The translations under genes were made by a program, and so were the position numbers. Below the pieces are notes generated by a model. The model saw nothing but the letters and a program-made list of their open reading frames with translations, searched no databases and was not told the origin of the DNA. Below, piece after piece: positions 6,304 to 14,855 of a stretch of DNA of 32,000 nucleotides (the first letter of the stretch is position 1; each line of letters starts with the position of its first letter). Origin of the DNA: Candidatus Methylomirabilis limnetica (GTDB lineage: Bacteria; Methylomirabilota; Methylomirabilia; Methylomirabilales; Methylomirabilaceae); the NCBI RefSeq assembly GCF_003044035.1, contig NZ_NVQC01000020.1, forward strand, positions 1 to 32,000, in the 5' to 3' direction.

Positions 6304-9300
6304 ATGATATCGAGATTGATAGAGTGGAGCGCCACCAACCGATTCATCATCGGCCTCTTCACCCTCTTCGCTATCGTCTGGGGGATCTGGGCTCTGCGGA
6401 ACACGCCCTTGGATGCCATCCCTGACCTGTCAGACGTTCAGGTTATCGTTCAAACGGAGTGGGCAGAGCGGAGCCCGACGTTAGTTGAAGATCAGGTGAC
6501 CTACCCCATCGTGACCTCGCTCCTCTCGGCCCCCAAGGTCAAGGCGGTCCGGGGTTTCTCCTTCTTTGGCATCTCCTTTGTGTACATCATCTTCGAGGAC
6601 GGCACGAACCTCTACTGGGCGAGGTCACGCGTGCTTGAGTATATGCAAGGGGTTCAAGGCAGGTTGCCCCAGGGTGTGACCCCGATTCTGGGGCCAGATG
6701 CGACCGGCGTGGGCTGGGGGTTCGAGTATGCGCTTGTAGACGAGACCGGCCGGCACGACTTGGCCGAGCTCCGGACACTGAACGACTGGTACGTTCACCA
6801 CTGGCTCTTAGCGGTGCCGGGGGTGGCCGAGGTGGCGCGCGTGGGCGGCTTCGTCAAGCAGTATCAGGTCTCGATCGATCCCGCCACTCTTCTGGGTTTT
6901 AAGCTGCCTCTGGAGCGGGTGATCGAGGCGATCCGGAAGGGGAACAAGGATACCGGAGGCCGGGTGGTGGAGTTTAACGGACGCGAGTACATGGTTCGTG
7001 GCCTCGGCTACATCAAGTCCCTCAAAGACATCGAGGCGATTGCCGTCGGGACTGACGAACGCGGGACCCCGATCCTCGTCCGGGACATCGGCCGGGTCGG
7101 ACTCGGTCCGGATATTCGCCGTGGCGTCGCCGAGCTGAACGGCCAGGGTGATGTGGCCGGCGGGATCGTCGTGATCCGGTACGGCGAGAACAGCCTGGAC
7201 GTCATCCAGCGGGTCAAGGCCAAGATTCAGCAGATCGCGCCTTCGTTGCCGGAGGGCGTCAAGATCGTCACCACCTACGACCGATCCGACCTGATCTACC
7301 GCTCCATCGCCACACTCAAGGAGAAGCTGATCGAGGAGAGCCTGATCGTCAGTCTCGTGATCATCGTGTTCCTCTTTCATTTTCGGAGCGCGCTGGTGGT
7401 GATCCTGACCCTACCGGTCGCCATCCTGATGTCGTTCATCGCCATGTACTACATCGGCGTCGGCTCGAACATCATGTCGCTGGGGGGGATCGCCATTGCG
7501 ATTGGCGCTATGATCGACGCTGCCATCATCATGGTAGAGAACGCCCACACGCGGCTGGAGGAGTGGGAGAAGGAGGGGCGTCCGATCGACCGGACCCGCC
7601 TCCTGATCGAGGCGGCCCAACAGGTGGGGCGTCCGCTCTTCTTCTCATTGCTGATCATTACGGTCTCCTTCCTTCCGGTCTTCACGCTGGAGGCACAGGA
7701 GGGCCGGCTCTTCCGCCCACTGGCTTTTACGAAAACATTCTCCATGTTCTTTTCGGCCTTCCTCGCCGTCACGCTTGGGCCGCTGCTCATGGTCCTCCTT
7801 GTCCGGGGAAAGATCCAGCCTGCGGAGAAGAACCCGATCAACCGATTCCTGATCTGGGTCTACCAGCCGGTGGTCCACCTCGCGCTCAGGTGGAAAAAGA
7901 CCGTCCTCGGTATAGCCCTCCTTGCCATGGCGGCCACTGTGCCGGTGTTCCTTCAATTTGGCTCGGAGTTCATGCCGCCCCTCTACGAAGGGACCCTTCT
8001 CTACATGCCGACGGCGCTACCCGGCGCCTCGATCACTCAGGTCTCCCAGCTCCTGCAGATCCAGGACCGGATCATCAAGCACTTCCCGGAGGTCGAGTCG
8101 GTTTTCGCCAAAGGGGGGCGCTCCACCAGCGCCACCGACCCGGCGCCCCTGGAGATGATTGAGGCTGTGATCAACCTGAAACCGGAGGAGCAGTGGCGGA
8201 AGGGGATGACGGTCGAGAAGCTGATCGACGAGATGGATAAGGCGCTGCAGATCCCTGGCGTGACCAACGCCTGGACGATGCCGATCAAGGCCAGGATCGA
8301 CATGCTCAGCACCGGGATCCGGACCCCTGTAGGGATCAAGGTGCTCGGGCCGAAACTGGAGACGATCCAGAGCATCGGCCTGGAGATCGAGGCGGCGCTC
8401 AAGCATGTCTCGGGCACCCGGAATGTCTTTGCGGAGCGTGTGGCAGGAGGCTACTACCTCGATTTCGAGATCAAGCGGGACGAGATCGCCCGCTATGGCC
8501 TCACCGTGACCGACGTAGAAGACGTCATCGAGACCGCCATCGGCGGCAGCACCGTCACGACAACGATCGAGGGGCGTGAGCGGTTCCCGGTCAACGTCCG
8601 CTACTTCCGTGGCCTGCGGGACAGCCTGGACGGTCTGAGGCGCGTGTTGGTTTCGACCCCGATGGGCGCCCAGATTCCCATTACGCAGCTCGTTGACCTC
8701 AGGATGTCAAGCGGAACCACCCTGATCCGGAGCGAGGGTGGCGAGCTCGTAGGTTATGTCTATGTCGATGTTGCCGACCGCGACATCGGCAGCTACGTCG
8801 CCGATGCCCAACGCGTGGTCGCCGAGAAGGTGACGCTCCCCCAGGGGTATCATCTCGTCTGGAGCGGGCAGTTCGAGTACATGGAGCGGGCCAAGGAGCG
8901 GCTAAAGATCGTCATCCCGCTCACCTTGCTGATCGTATTCGTCCTCCTGTACTTCAATACGGCGAGCGTTACGAAAGTGTTCATCGTCCTGCTCGCCGTG
9001 CCCTTCTCTCTCATCGGCGCCTTCTGGCTCATCTATCTGCTCGACTACAACCTAAGTGTCGCGGTCTGGGTCGGAATCATCGCCCTGGCCGGCGTCGATG
9101 CTGAAACAGGGGTCATCATGCTCCTCTATCTCGACCATGCGTACGAGAAACGGCGCAACGCGGGGCGCATGCGCACGATGGAAGACCTCCAAGAGGCGAT
9201 CAGCGAGGGGGCGGTGAGGCGGATTCGGCCGAAGATGATGACCGTCATGGCGATCCTGATGGGGTTGCTCCCGATCATGTGGAGCCATGGAGCCGGGGCC

Positions 9301-9450
9301 GACGTGATGAAGCGGATCGCCGCTCCCATGATTGGCGGGGTCATCACGTCGTTCATCCTCGAGCTGATCGTGTACCCCGTCATCTTCGAGGTCTGGAGGG
9401 GCCGGCAGCTCGCGCGAACTGGTGCGACACAGACTCTTCCCCTTTTTTAA
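6304..9450 (+). CDS. cusA: Cu(I)/Ag(I)-type heavy-metal efflux RND pump, CusA family
   Basis: The 1048-aa protein is collinear with E. coli CusA as I remember it (DALPDLSDVQVI, GIAIAIGAMIDAAIIMVEN, LEAQEGRLFRPLAFTKT). The three-Met metal-site contexts are conserved (LLYMPT, PLEMIE, RIDMLSTG). Confidence 0.95.
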   Translation: MISRLIEWSATNRFIIGLFTLFAIVWGIWALRNTPLDAIPDLSDVQVIVQTEWAERSPTLVEDQVTYPIVTSLLSAPKVKAVRGFSFFGISFVYIIFEDGTNLYWARSRVLEYMQGVQGRLPQGVTPILGPDATGVGWGFEYALVDETGRHDLAELRTLNDWYVHHWLLAVPGVAEVARVGGFVKQYQVSIDPATLLGFKLPLERVIEAIRKGNKDTGGRVVEFNGREYMVRGLGYIKSLKDIEAIAVGTDERGTPILVRDIGRVGLGPDIRRGVAELNGQGDVAGGIVVIRYGENSLDVIQRVKAKIQQIAPSLPEGVKIVTTYDRSDLIYRSIATLKEKLIEESLIVSLVIIVFLFHFRSALVVILTLPVAILMSFIAMYYIGVGSNIMSLGGIAIAIGAMIDAAIIMVENAHTRLEEWEKEGRPIDRTRLLIEAAQQVGRPLFFSLLIITVSFLPVFTLEAQEGRLFRPLAFTKTFSMFFSAFLAVTLGPLLMVLLVRGKIQPAEKNPINRFLIWVYQPVVHLALRWKKTVLGIALLAMAATVPVFLQFGSEFMPPLYEGTLLYMPTALPGASITQVSQLLQIQDRIIKHFPEVESVFAKGGRSTSATDPAPLEMIEAVINLKPEEQWRKGMTVEKLIDEMDKALQIPGVTNAWTMPIKARIDMLSTGIRTPVGIKVLGPKLETIQSIGLEIEAALKHVSGTRNVFAERVAGGYYLDFEIKRDEIARYGLTVTDVEDVIETAIGGSTVTTTIEGRERFPVNVRYFRGLRDSLDGLRRVLVSTPMGAQIPITQLVDLRMSSGTTLIRSEGGELVGYVYVDVADRDIGSYVADAQRVVAEKVTLPQGYHLVWSGQFEYMERAKERLKIVIPLTLLIVFVLLYFNTASVTKVFIVLLAVPFSLIGAFWLIYLLDYNLSVAVWVGIIALAGVDAETGVIMLLYLDHAYEKRRNAGRMRTMEDLQEAISEGAVRRIRPKMMTVMAILMGLLPIMWSHGAGADVMKRIAAPMIGGVITSFILELIVYPVIFEVWRGRQLARTGATQTLPLF

Positions 9451-9571
9451 GACTGATGCTCCCAAAACACCGATCTTGATGTAGAATGGAGTAGAACACG
9501 ATGGGTGTTGGGCAGGTTCACTGCCTGGTATGGTTTTAATGGTAACCCTTTTGGAAGAAGGAGGAACGCGC

Positions 9572-9934
9572 ATGAATCCCTTGAAGTTTGCGGGTACGTT
9601 GGCGGTAGCTATGGTGTTTATGACGGCAGCGTCCGTGCTGGCGCAACAGTCTCAGCCCTGCATGATGATGAAGGATCACCAAATGGGTGGAATGCAGCAG
9701 GGTGGGATGCCTGGTATGGGCATGATGAAGCAGGGTAAAGAGATGGGCGGGATGCAGAACTGTATGATGATGGAGGAAATGAAGGACCAGCAACAGCTCA
9801 TGCAGGAGATGAAGAAACATATGCGAATGATGGATGAGATGATGGATAAGCTGATGATGCAGCGCCAGCAGGGGATGGCACCTCCAGGATCAGAATCCAA
9901 ACCTCAAGAACACCACCCTGGCGAGAGTAAGTGA
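9572..9934 (+). CDS. secreted methionine-rich protein (putative periplasmic Cu(I)/Ag(I) binder)
   Basis: GGAGG RBS precedes ATG 9572, and the signal peptide is ...AASVLAQQ. Of 120 residues, 28 are Met, and 25 of those fall within residues 31-102. It has two xCMMM motifs and an HH pair, and lies directly downstream of cusA. Confidence 0.7.
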   Translation: MNPLKFAGTLAVAMVFMTAASVLAQQSQPCMMMKDHQMGGMQQGGMPGMGMMKQGKEMGGMQNCMMMEEMKDQQQLMQEMKKHMRMMDEMMDKLMMQRQQGMAPPGSESKPQEHHPGESK

Positions 9935-9985
9935 GCCCCCAGAACAGCGATAGAAAGTTGTCACTGCGAACGAAGTGAAGCAATC

Positions 9986-10136
9986 GTAACTACGCAGGTA
10001 GATAGGCTGAAGGCTGAGGGCTTTTAGGGGTAACCACAGGGTTTCCGAAAGAAGAGTTACCGAGAAGGTCTTGAATGGCTTGATTCGTGCTTTGCGAGAT
10101 AATTCAGAGCCTTCAGCCTAAACACCTTGTAGTTAC
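9986..10136. mobile_element. MITE-like element, family C, intact copy (151 bp)
   Basis: Terminal inverted repeats are GTAACTAC...AGGCTGAAGGCT and AGCCTTCAGCCT...GTAGTTAC. A second copy at 17453..17789 carries a nested insertion. Confidence 0.7.
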
Positions 10137-10145
10137 AGTGGAAGT

Positions 10146-10221
10146 TGGTGGAGGGTAGGGGATTCGAACCCCTGGCCTCAGCGTTGCGAACGCTGCGCTC
10201 TCCCAACTGAGCTAACCCCCC
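10146..10221 (-). tRNA. tRNA-Ala (anticodon CGC)
   Basis: The reverse complement is GGGGGGTTAGCTCAGTTGGGAGAGCGCAGCGTTCGCAACGCTGAGGCCAGGGGTTCGAATCCCCTACCCTCCACCA. It folds as a 76-nt cloverleaf with a G3:U70 pair, anticodon loop TTCGCAA, a GTTCGAATC T-loop and an encoded CCA. Confidence 0.95.
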
Positions 10222-10389
10222 ATCTCTGACTATTTTTCGCGGATCGACGCTGGGGAATCTCGTTTCTGCCCTGACGCGCGAAGGGTCTTAAGATTAGCGA
10301 AAAGCGCCTCGATTGTCCAGCGGGTTATTTCCCAGGGTGGGACAGCCGCCATCTGCGTGCGGCCATGTCTTCCCCGCAGAGACCGATCG

Positions 10390-11127
10390 CTAGAGGATCC
10401 CGGCGATCGATTTTGCCAGACCTTCCGTCAAGGAAGGCAACGCCTCTTCCAGCTTCAGGTTCACCTGATTGGCCGTTGAGGCGATCCGTGTCTGATATCG
10501 TTTCCTTTCTGCAGTAGTCCGGCTGGTCTGTCTAATGGCAGAGCCGCTCCCCTGCTGGAGATTAGACTGTACCGTTTGCTCGACCGCCTCCTTGGACCTT
10601 TCTGAGATCATAAGGTCGGTGACGATGGTGTAGGTGACATCTTTCACCATAGAGCCCGCGATCATCTCGGCCCCGGCGAACACCAAGCCGCCGATGCCAG
10701 CGCCGTATAGCGCGCCTGAGCCACCACCCGCGGCTCCGCCGATCAGGGCGCCGCCCATGGCGCCTGCTAATGTGCCGCCGTACCCAGCAGCAACCGCTGC
10801 TCTCAACGCCGAGGGATCGGCCTGTCCCACATAGAGGACATTGCCCTGCAGAATATAGAAGGCCTCCTTCGGATTCGTGGTGACCTTGTAGCCGTTCGCC
10901 TGCAGCCTGCTGATGACAAGGGGCTTGATGTCAAACTCCTTGTCTGAGGTGTTCTTGATATCGATAAAGACCGTTCGTTCCGCCTGATTCTCGATATCCA
11001 GGAAGATGGTGTCGGACATCCTGGTTTCTACCTTGAGATCTTTCTTTTCCAGGGCAACCTGCATCGCCGAGCAACTGGCCAGTAGAACGGCAATCAGGAC
11101 CAAACCGGCGCACTTCAGCATCTTCAT
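10390..11127 (-). CDS. traT: TraT-family outer-membrane lipoprotein (complement resistance / surface exclusion family)
   Basis: GGAGGTG RBS precedes ATG 11127, and the lipobox is LLASC. The protein is collinear with F-plasmid TraT as I remember it (ERTVFIDIKNTSDK, VKDVTYTIVTDLMISER, KRYQTRIASTANQVNLKLEEA...LAKSIAGIL). Confidence 0.85.
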   Translation of the reverse strand: MKMLKCAGLVLIAVLLASCSAMQVALEKKDLKVETRMSDTIFLDIENQAERTVFIDIKNTSDKEFDIKPLVISRLQANGYKVTTNPKEAFYILQGNVLYVGQADPSALRAAVAAGYGGTLAGAMGGALIGGAAGGGSGALYGAGIGGLVFAGAEMIAGSMVKDVTYTIVTDLMISERSKEAVEQTVQSNLQQGSGSAIRQTSRTTAERKRYQTRIASTANQVNLKLEEALPSLTEGLAKSIAGIL

Positions 11128-11200
11128 CGGGCCGTCACCTCCTGTAAAGAACCTGCACGCATGGGAACGACTACGAACGCTCGCAATGACCCCGCGAAGC

Positions 11201-11815
11201 TTACCCCACCTGGCCTGCAACTCGCATCAGATCCTCGGTGGTGTAAATCGACTCTAGGCCATACCCACTTTTCTGCAACTCTTCGCGGCCGCCCTCCTGG
11301 CGATCAACAAGGGCCAGTACTTTGGCGATCGCAAAGCCTGCATGCAGCGCGCCTTCAATCGCTTTGAGGGTCGAGGCGCCGGTGGTGACGACATCCTCAA
11401 TGATCACAACCCTCGCACCTGGCTGCTCGAATCCTTCCACCCATTTCTGGGCTCCATGCCCTTTCGGTTCCTTTCTGACACTGAAGGCCTGAATTGGTTC
11501 ACCTGCGAGGGCGCTGTGATAGGCGATGGCGTACGCAATCGGGTCTGCGCCAAGCGTGAGTCCCCCGACGGCGGTGATCTGCTTCCCACCTGTTTGTTCA
11601 ATAGCCTTGATCTGCTCGAAGAAGAGCTGGCCGAGAAGCGGCATCGCCTCCGATAGGAATGTCGTCTTCTTGCAGTTGATGTAGTAGCGGCTCTTTCGGC
11701 CGGAGGCCAAGGTGAAGACGGGCTCGGCGCTGTGCTGGAAGGAGTGCTGAACCAGCAATCTCAGGAGCTTGTCCCAGCATGCTTTAAGCGGGGATTGGTC
11801 TCTTGGGGTATCCAC
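11201..11815 (-). CDS. pyrE: orotate phosphoribosyltransferase
   Basis: The sequence includes FTLASGRKSRYYINCK and the PRPP-binding loop ARVVIIEDVVTTGAST. Confidence 0.9.
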   Translation of the reverse strand: MDTPRDQSPLKACWDKLLRLLVQHSFQHSAEPVFTLASGRKSRYYINCKKTTFLSEAMPLLGQLFFEQIKAIEQTGGKQITAVGGLTLGADPIAYAIAYHSALAGEPIQAFSVRKEPKGHGAQKWVEGFEQPGARVVIIEDVVTTGASTLKAIEGALHAGFAIAKVLALVDRQEGGREELQKSGYGLESIYTTEDLMRVAGQVG

Positions 11816-11848
11816 GGGGGTGAGAATACACGAGGAAGGCGAGGTTGT

Positions 11849-12319
11849 CTAGATTGTACAGCGAGATTGAGCCCGCTTCTTCAGGTATTGCTGGTGGTAC
11901 TCCTCTGCCCGGTAAAAGGTCGAGGCTGGTGTCATCTCGGTCACGATCGGCTGCTGGTGTCTTCCGCTGAGTTCCAGCATCCGTTTGGACGCGAGTGCGG
12001 CATCCTGCTGGTCGGCATCGTGAAAAAAGATCGCCGAGCGGTATTGCGCGCCGAGGTCCGGCCCCTGACGATTCAGGGTGGTTGGGTCATGGATCGACCA
12101 GAAGAGAGCGAGGAGTTCGTCGTAGGAGACCTGCGAAGGGTCATATTCTATCTCGACAACCTCCGCATGGCCGGTCGTGCCGGAGCAGACGTCTCGGTAG
12201 GTCGGGTTCTCGAAGGCGCTACCCATGTACCCGACTGCCGTTGAGACGACACCAGGCACCTGACGAAACGCCGCCTCGACACCCCAGAAACAGCCTGCTC
12301 CAAACGTGGCCTTTTTCAT
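11849..12319 (-). CDS. msrA: peptide-methionine (S)-S-oxide reductase
   Basis: It carries the GCFWG active-site motif ([15 protein letters not shown]) and the sequence [13 protein letters not shown]. Confidence 0.93.
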   Translation of the reverse strand: MKKATFGAGCFWGVEAAFRQVPGVVSTAVGYMGSAFENPTYRDVCSGTTGHAEVVEIEYDPSQVSYDELLALFWSIHDPTTLNRQGPDLGAQYRSAIFFHDADQQDAALASKRMLELSGRHQQPIVTEMTPASTFYRAEEYHQQYLKKRAQSRCTI

Positions 12320-12329
12320 CGCAATACCT

Positions 12330-12374
12330 GAAATCCCCCCCGCCCCCCCTTTGCAAAGGGGGGATTTGGGGACG
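12330..12374 (-). repeat. REP family A, copy 2 (inverted relative to 5955..6007)
   Basis: The palindrome core CCCCCCTTTGCAAAGGGGGG lies at 12344..12363, and its flanks match copy 1 in reverse complement. Confidence 0.7.
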
Positions 12375-12418
12375 TGCGGCGAAAGAGTAAGCTGACCCCT
12401 GTTACACGATACCAGTTG

Positions 12419-12577
12419 CTACTCAACGACCTGGACGCCTTTCCAGAACGCGACACGGCCGGTAATTTGCTTCGCGGCATCCTCTGGCGAAGGGTAGTAC
12501 CAGGCCGCATCAGGATTCACTGCATCGCCGATAACGAGGTCGTATTAGCTGGCTTCGCCCTTCAAGATGGCCTTCAT
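12419..12577 (-). pseudogene. DUF427-family gene remnant (C-terminal ~40 codons, in-frame TAA)
   Basis: The minus strand reads MKAILKGEAS*YDLVIGDAVNPDAAWYYPSPEDAAKQITGRVAFWKGVQVVE*. The part after the stop matches the DUF427 C-terminus (..KG.ASYYDV.V.G..N.DAAWYYP.P...A..I...VAFW.GV.V). The TAA at 12547..12545 sits where a Tyr is expected, and the N-terminal ~60 codons of the family are absent. Confidence 0.6.
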
Positions 12578-12600
12578 GCTTCTGACTCCCTGGCCGCCTC

Positions 12601-12637
12601 TTCGACATCGCTCAGGCTGCGCACTGAGCCTGTCGAA
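12601..12637. repeat. REP-like hairpin (family E, short form)
   Basis: The sequence is TTCGACATCGCTCAGG-CTGCGCA-CTGAGCCTGTCGAA. It occupies the position where the 5' half of the DUF427 gene should be. Confidence 0.5.
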
Positions 12638-12660
12638 GTGACAGGTTCCCGCATCGTGGG

Positions 12661-13467
12661 CTACTTTTTCTGGTCGGTCAAGAAGATCTTCAAGATGTCG
12701 ATCGGGATCGGGAAGACGATCGTGGAGTTCTTCTCTGTGGCGATCTCGGTGAGCGTCTGCAGATATCGAAGCTGGATGGTGACAGGTTCTACGGCCAGGA
12801 TTCTGCCCGCCTCCGCCAGCTTTGCGGAGGCCATCAGCTCACCCTCGGCGTGGATGATCTTCGCCCGCTTCTCCCGCTCGGCCTCCGCCTGCTTGGCCAT
12901 GGCCCGCTGCATCTCGTGCGGGAGGTCCACGAGCTTGATCTCCACTACGGTCACCTTGATCCCCCATGGATCGGTGTGTTGGTCGATAATCTGTTGGAGC
13001 CGCTGGTTGAGCCGCTCGCGCTCGGCCAGTAGCTCGTCCAGCTCGGACTGTCCGAGGACGCTCCTGAGGGTGGTTTGGGCGATCTGCGAGGTAGCGTAGA
13101 GGTAATTCTCGACCTGGACGATGGCGCGCTCCGCGTCGACCACCCGAAAGTAGATCACGGCATTCACCTTGACCGACACATTGTCCTTGGTGATGACGTC
13201 CTGGGAGGGAACTTCTATGGCCACGGTCCGGAGACTCACCTTCGTCATCCGATCAATCATTGGGATAAGGAGGATCAGTCCCGGGCCGTTGCCGGATCCG
13301 CCCACATTCACGATCGCCTTGGCGAGACGGCCTAGACGGAAGATCACGGCCCGTTCGTACTCAGGAAGTATACGGACCGAGCTGGCAAGGATGAAAAGCG
13401 CCAGGATGAGGAGAAAGAGTATCGGGACCAAGCCGAAAACAGTTGAGAGAATCTCCACGGGATTCAT
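12661..13467 (-). CDS. SPFH/band-7 (stomatin-like, slipin) protein
   Basis: It has an N-terminal TM segment followed by a PHB domain ([11 protein letters not shown]...[25 protein letters not shown]). An ATGA overlap links it to the upstream NfeD gene. Confidence 0.9.
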   Translation of the reverse strand: MNPVEILSTVFGLVPILFLLILALFILASSVRILPEYERAVIFRLGRLAKAIVNVGGSGNGPGLILLIPMIDRMTKVSLRTVAIEVPSQDVITKDNVSVKVNAVIYFRVVDAERAIVQVENYLYATSQIAQTTLRSVLGQSELDELLAERERLNQRLQQIIDQHTDPWGIKVTVVEIKLVDLPHEMQRAMAKQAEAEREKRAKIIHAEGELMASAKLAEAGRILAVEPVTIQLRYLQTLTEIATEKNSTIVFPIPIDILKIFLTDQKK

Positions 13468-14834
13468 ATCCGCCCTCCCTGTCGCTGTTGCGTTGACATT
13501 GCATCGGCTTCAACGGCCGCTGCCCCATTATCTTTGCTGACGAATAACATGAGCCCCTTCACCGACAGGACCCTGATCTTGTCGCCAGGCTCAGATCCCT
13601 CCTCACATTGAGCCGACCAGAGCTCACCCCCCACCAGGACGCTTCCCTCCGGTTTGAGCGGCGTCATGACTGTGCCGATCTGCCCGATGAGGCCCTCTGC
13701 GCCGGTGGTGGTCTTTTGGCGCTGGGCCCTGAGGGCCATCGTGACGATGAAGCCGAAGAAGGCCGCCGTTGCCGCGGTGGTCAACAGGATGGCGCCCAGT
13801 GAGATCCGCATGAACGGTTCGGGACTCCTGATCAACATTAAGGAACCGAGGATCATGGCGACAATTCCGCCCACGGTAAGCATTCCGTAAGAGGTAACCT
13901 TCACCTCGGCGATGAACAGAATGATCGCCAGCAGGATGAGGAGCAGTCCGGCGTAATTGATGGGCAGGGTCTGGAAGCCGTAAAAGGCCAGAATCAGGCA
14001 GATCGCCCCGAGGACCCCTGGCAGGATGGCGCCGGGTGTCGAGAGCTCGAAGTAGAGCCCGGCCAGGCCCAGCATTAACAGCATGTACGCAATGGTCGGA
14101 TCGGAGATCACCTTCAGGATCTTATCCCGAAGGCCCATCTCGATCCGAGTGACCTCAATCCCCTTGGTGTGCAGCATGACCTTGCCGTGGGCCGTCGTGA
14201 CCTCCCGGCCATCCAGCGCCACAAGCAGGTCATCCAGCTTATCCGCCACGAGGTCGATGACCTTGAGTTGCAGCGCCTCCTTCTCGGTCGCCGAGACGCT
14301 CTTGCGCACGGCATCCTCGGCCCACTGGGCATTCCTGCCGCGCTGCTCGGCGATAGTCCGGATATAGGCGGCCGCGTCGTTGGTGACCTTCGTGCTCATC
14401 TCTTTGTCCATCGGGCCCCCCAAATTGACCGGGTGGGCGGCGCCGATGTTGGTTCCCGGTGCCATGGCGGCCACATGGGCTGCCAATGTGATGAAGGCGC
14501 CGGCGGACGCAGCGCGGGCCCCGCCTGGCGAGACGTACACCACGATCGGCCGCTCAGCCGCCAGCATCTCCTTGATGATGGAGCGCATCGAGAGATCAAG
14601 GCCACCCGGGGTGTCCAGTTCGATGATCAGGGCCTGGGCCACCTCGTGGTCTGCCTGCTTGATGGCGCGGATGATATAGTCGGCTGCGCTAGGGGCGATG
14701 ACCCCTTCCACCTGGATCGCCAGCACTGGACGAGCAGCGCGCTCCGGCCGGGAGTAGGTGGTGGCAGGCCACGCGAGCGCGACACCTATCAGCGCAAGCC
14801 ATACGACGAGCCGTATAATCATTCGCCTACTCAA
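13464..14834 (-). CDS. NfeD-family membrane-bound ClpP-class serine protease (stomatin operon partner)
   Basis: It has a signal/TM segment, a ClpP-like domain ([18 protein letters not shown]...[11 protein letters not shown]), a multi-TM block and a C-terminal OB-fold NfeD domain. Confidence 0.9.
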   Translation of the reverse strand: MSRRMIIRLVVWLALIGVALAWPATTYSRPERAARPVLAIQVEGVIAPSAADYIIRAIKQADHEVAQALIIELDTPGGLDLSMRSIIKEMLAAERPIVVYVSPGGARAASAGAFITLAAHVAAMAPGTNIGAAHPVNLGGPMDKEMSTKVTNDAAAYIRTIAEQRGRNAQWAEDAVRKSVSATEKEALQLKVIDLVADKLDDLLVALDGREVTTAHGKVMLHTKGIEVTRIEMGLRDKILKVISDPTIAYMLLMLGLAGLYFELSTPGAILPGVLGAICLILAFYGFQTLPINYAGLLLILLAIILFIAEVKVTSYGMLTVGGIVAMILGSLMLIRSPEPFMRISLGAILLTTAATAAFFGFIVTMALRAQRQKTTTGAEGLIGQIGTVMTPLKPEGSVLVGGELWSAQCEEGSEPGDKIRVLSVKGLMLFVSKDNGAAAVEADAMSTQQRQGGRI

Positions 14835-14855
14835 TTCATGGATGGCCCAAAAATG

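Noticed and set aside
5781-6419. 212-aa minus-strand ORF spanning the cusB-cusA spacer
   Set aside because: It reads straight through the REP/MITE mosaic. Its 'RLAASSSYRRKPVSRGPDWIP' and 'PPFAKGG' peptides are repeat-derived and recur at 17503-17745 and 12316-12510. It also overlaps both cus genes.
6808-7380. 190-aa antisense ORF inside cusA (and similar antisense ORFs at 7449-7841 and 8017-8417)
   Set aside because: These are typical GC-rich antisense open frames. cusA is full length and collinear with known CusA on the plus strand.
9505-9983. Alternative-frame and antisense ORFs over the Met-rich gene (9505-9738, 9536-9820, 9676-9900, 9798-9983)
   Set aside because: These are low-complexity artefacts of the ATG/CAT-rich DNA. 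Only the 9572 frame has an RBS plus a signal peptide.
10100-10146. att-type direct repeat of the tRNA-Ala 3' end marking an island boundary
   Set aside because: I could not find a second copy of the GGGGTTCGAATCCCCTACCCTCCACCA segment anywhere in the window by eye. The island idea is therefore kept only as a low-interest hypothesis.
11128-11220. Longer TraT start at 11220 that would overlap pyrE
   Set aside because: The extension is Arg-rich and lacks an RBS. ATG 11127 has GGAGGTG and gives a canonical lipoprotein signal peptide. The same logic led me to reject the long starts at 2556, 15695, 28586 and 30669.
12374-13099. 241-aa plus-strand ORF
   Set aside because: It is antisense to the SPFH gene and runs through repeats. 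Its translation is Ser/Arg-rich, whereas the minus-strand product is clearly stomatin-like.
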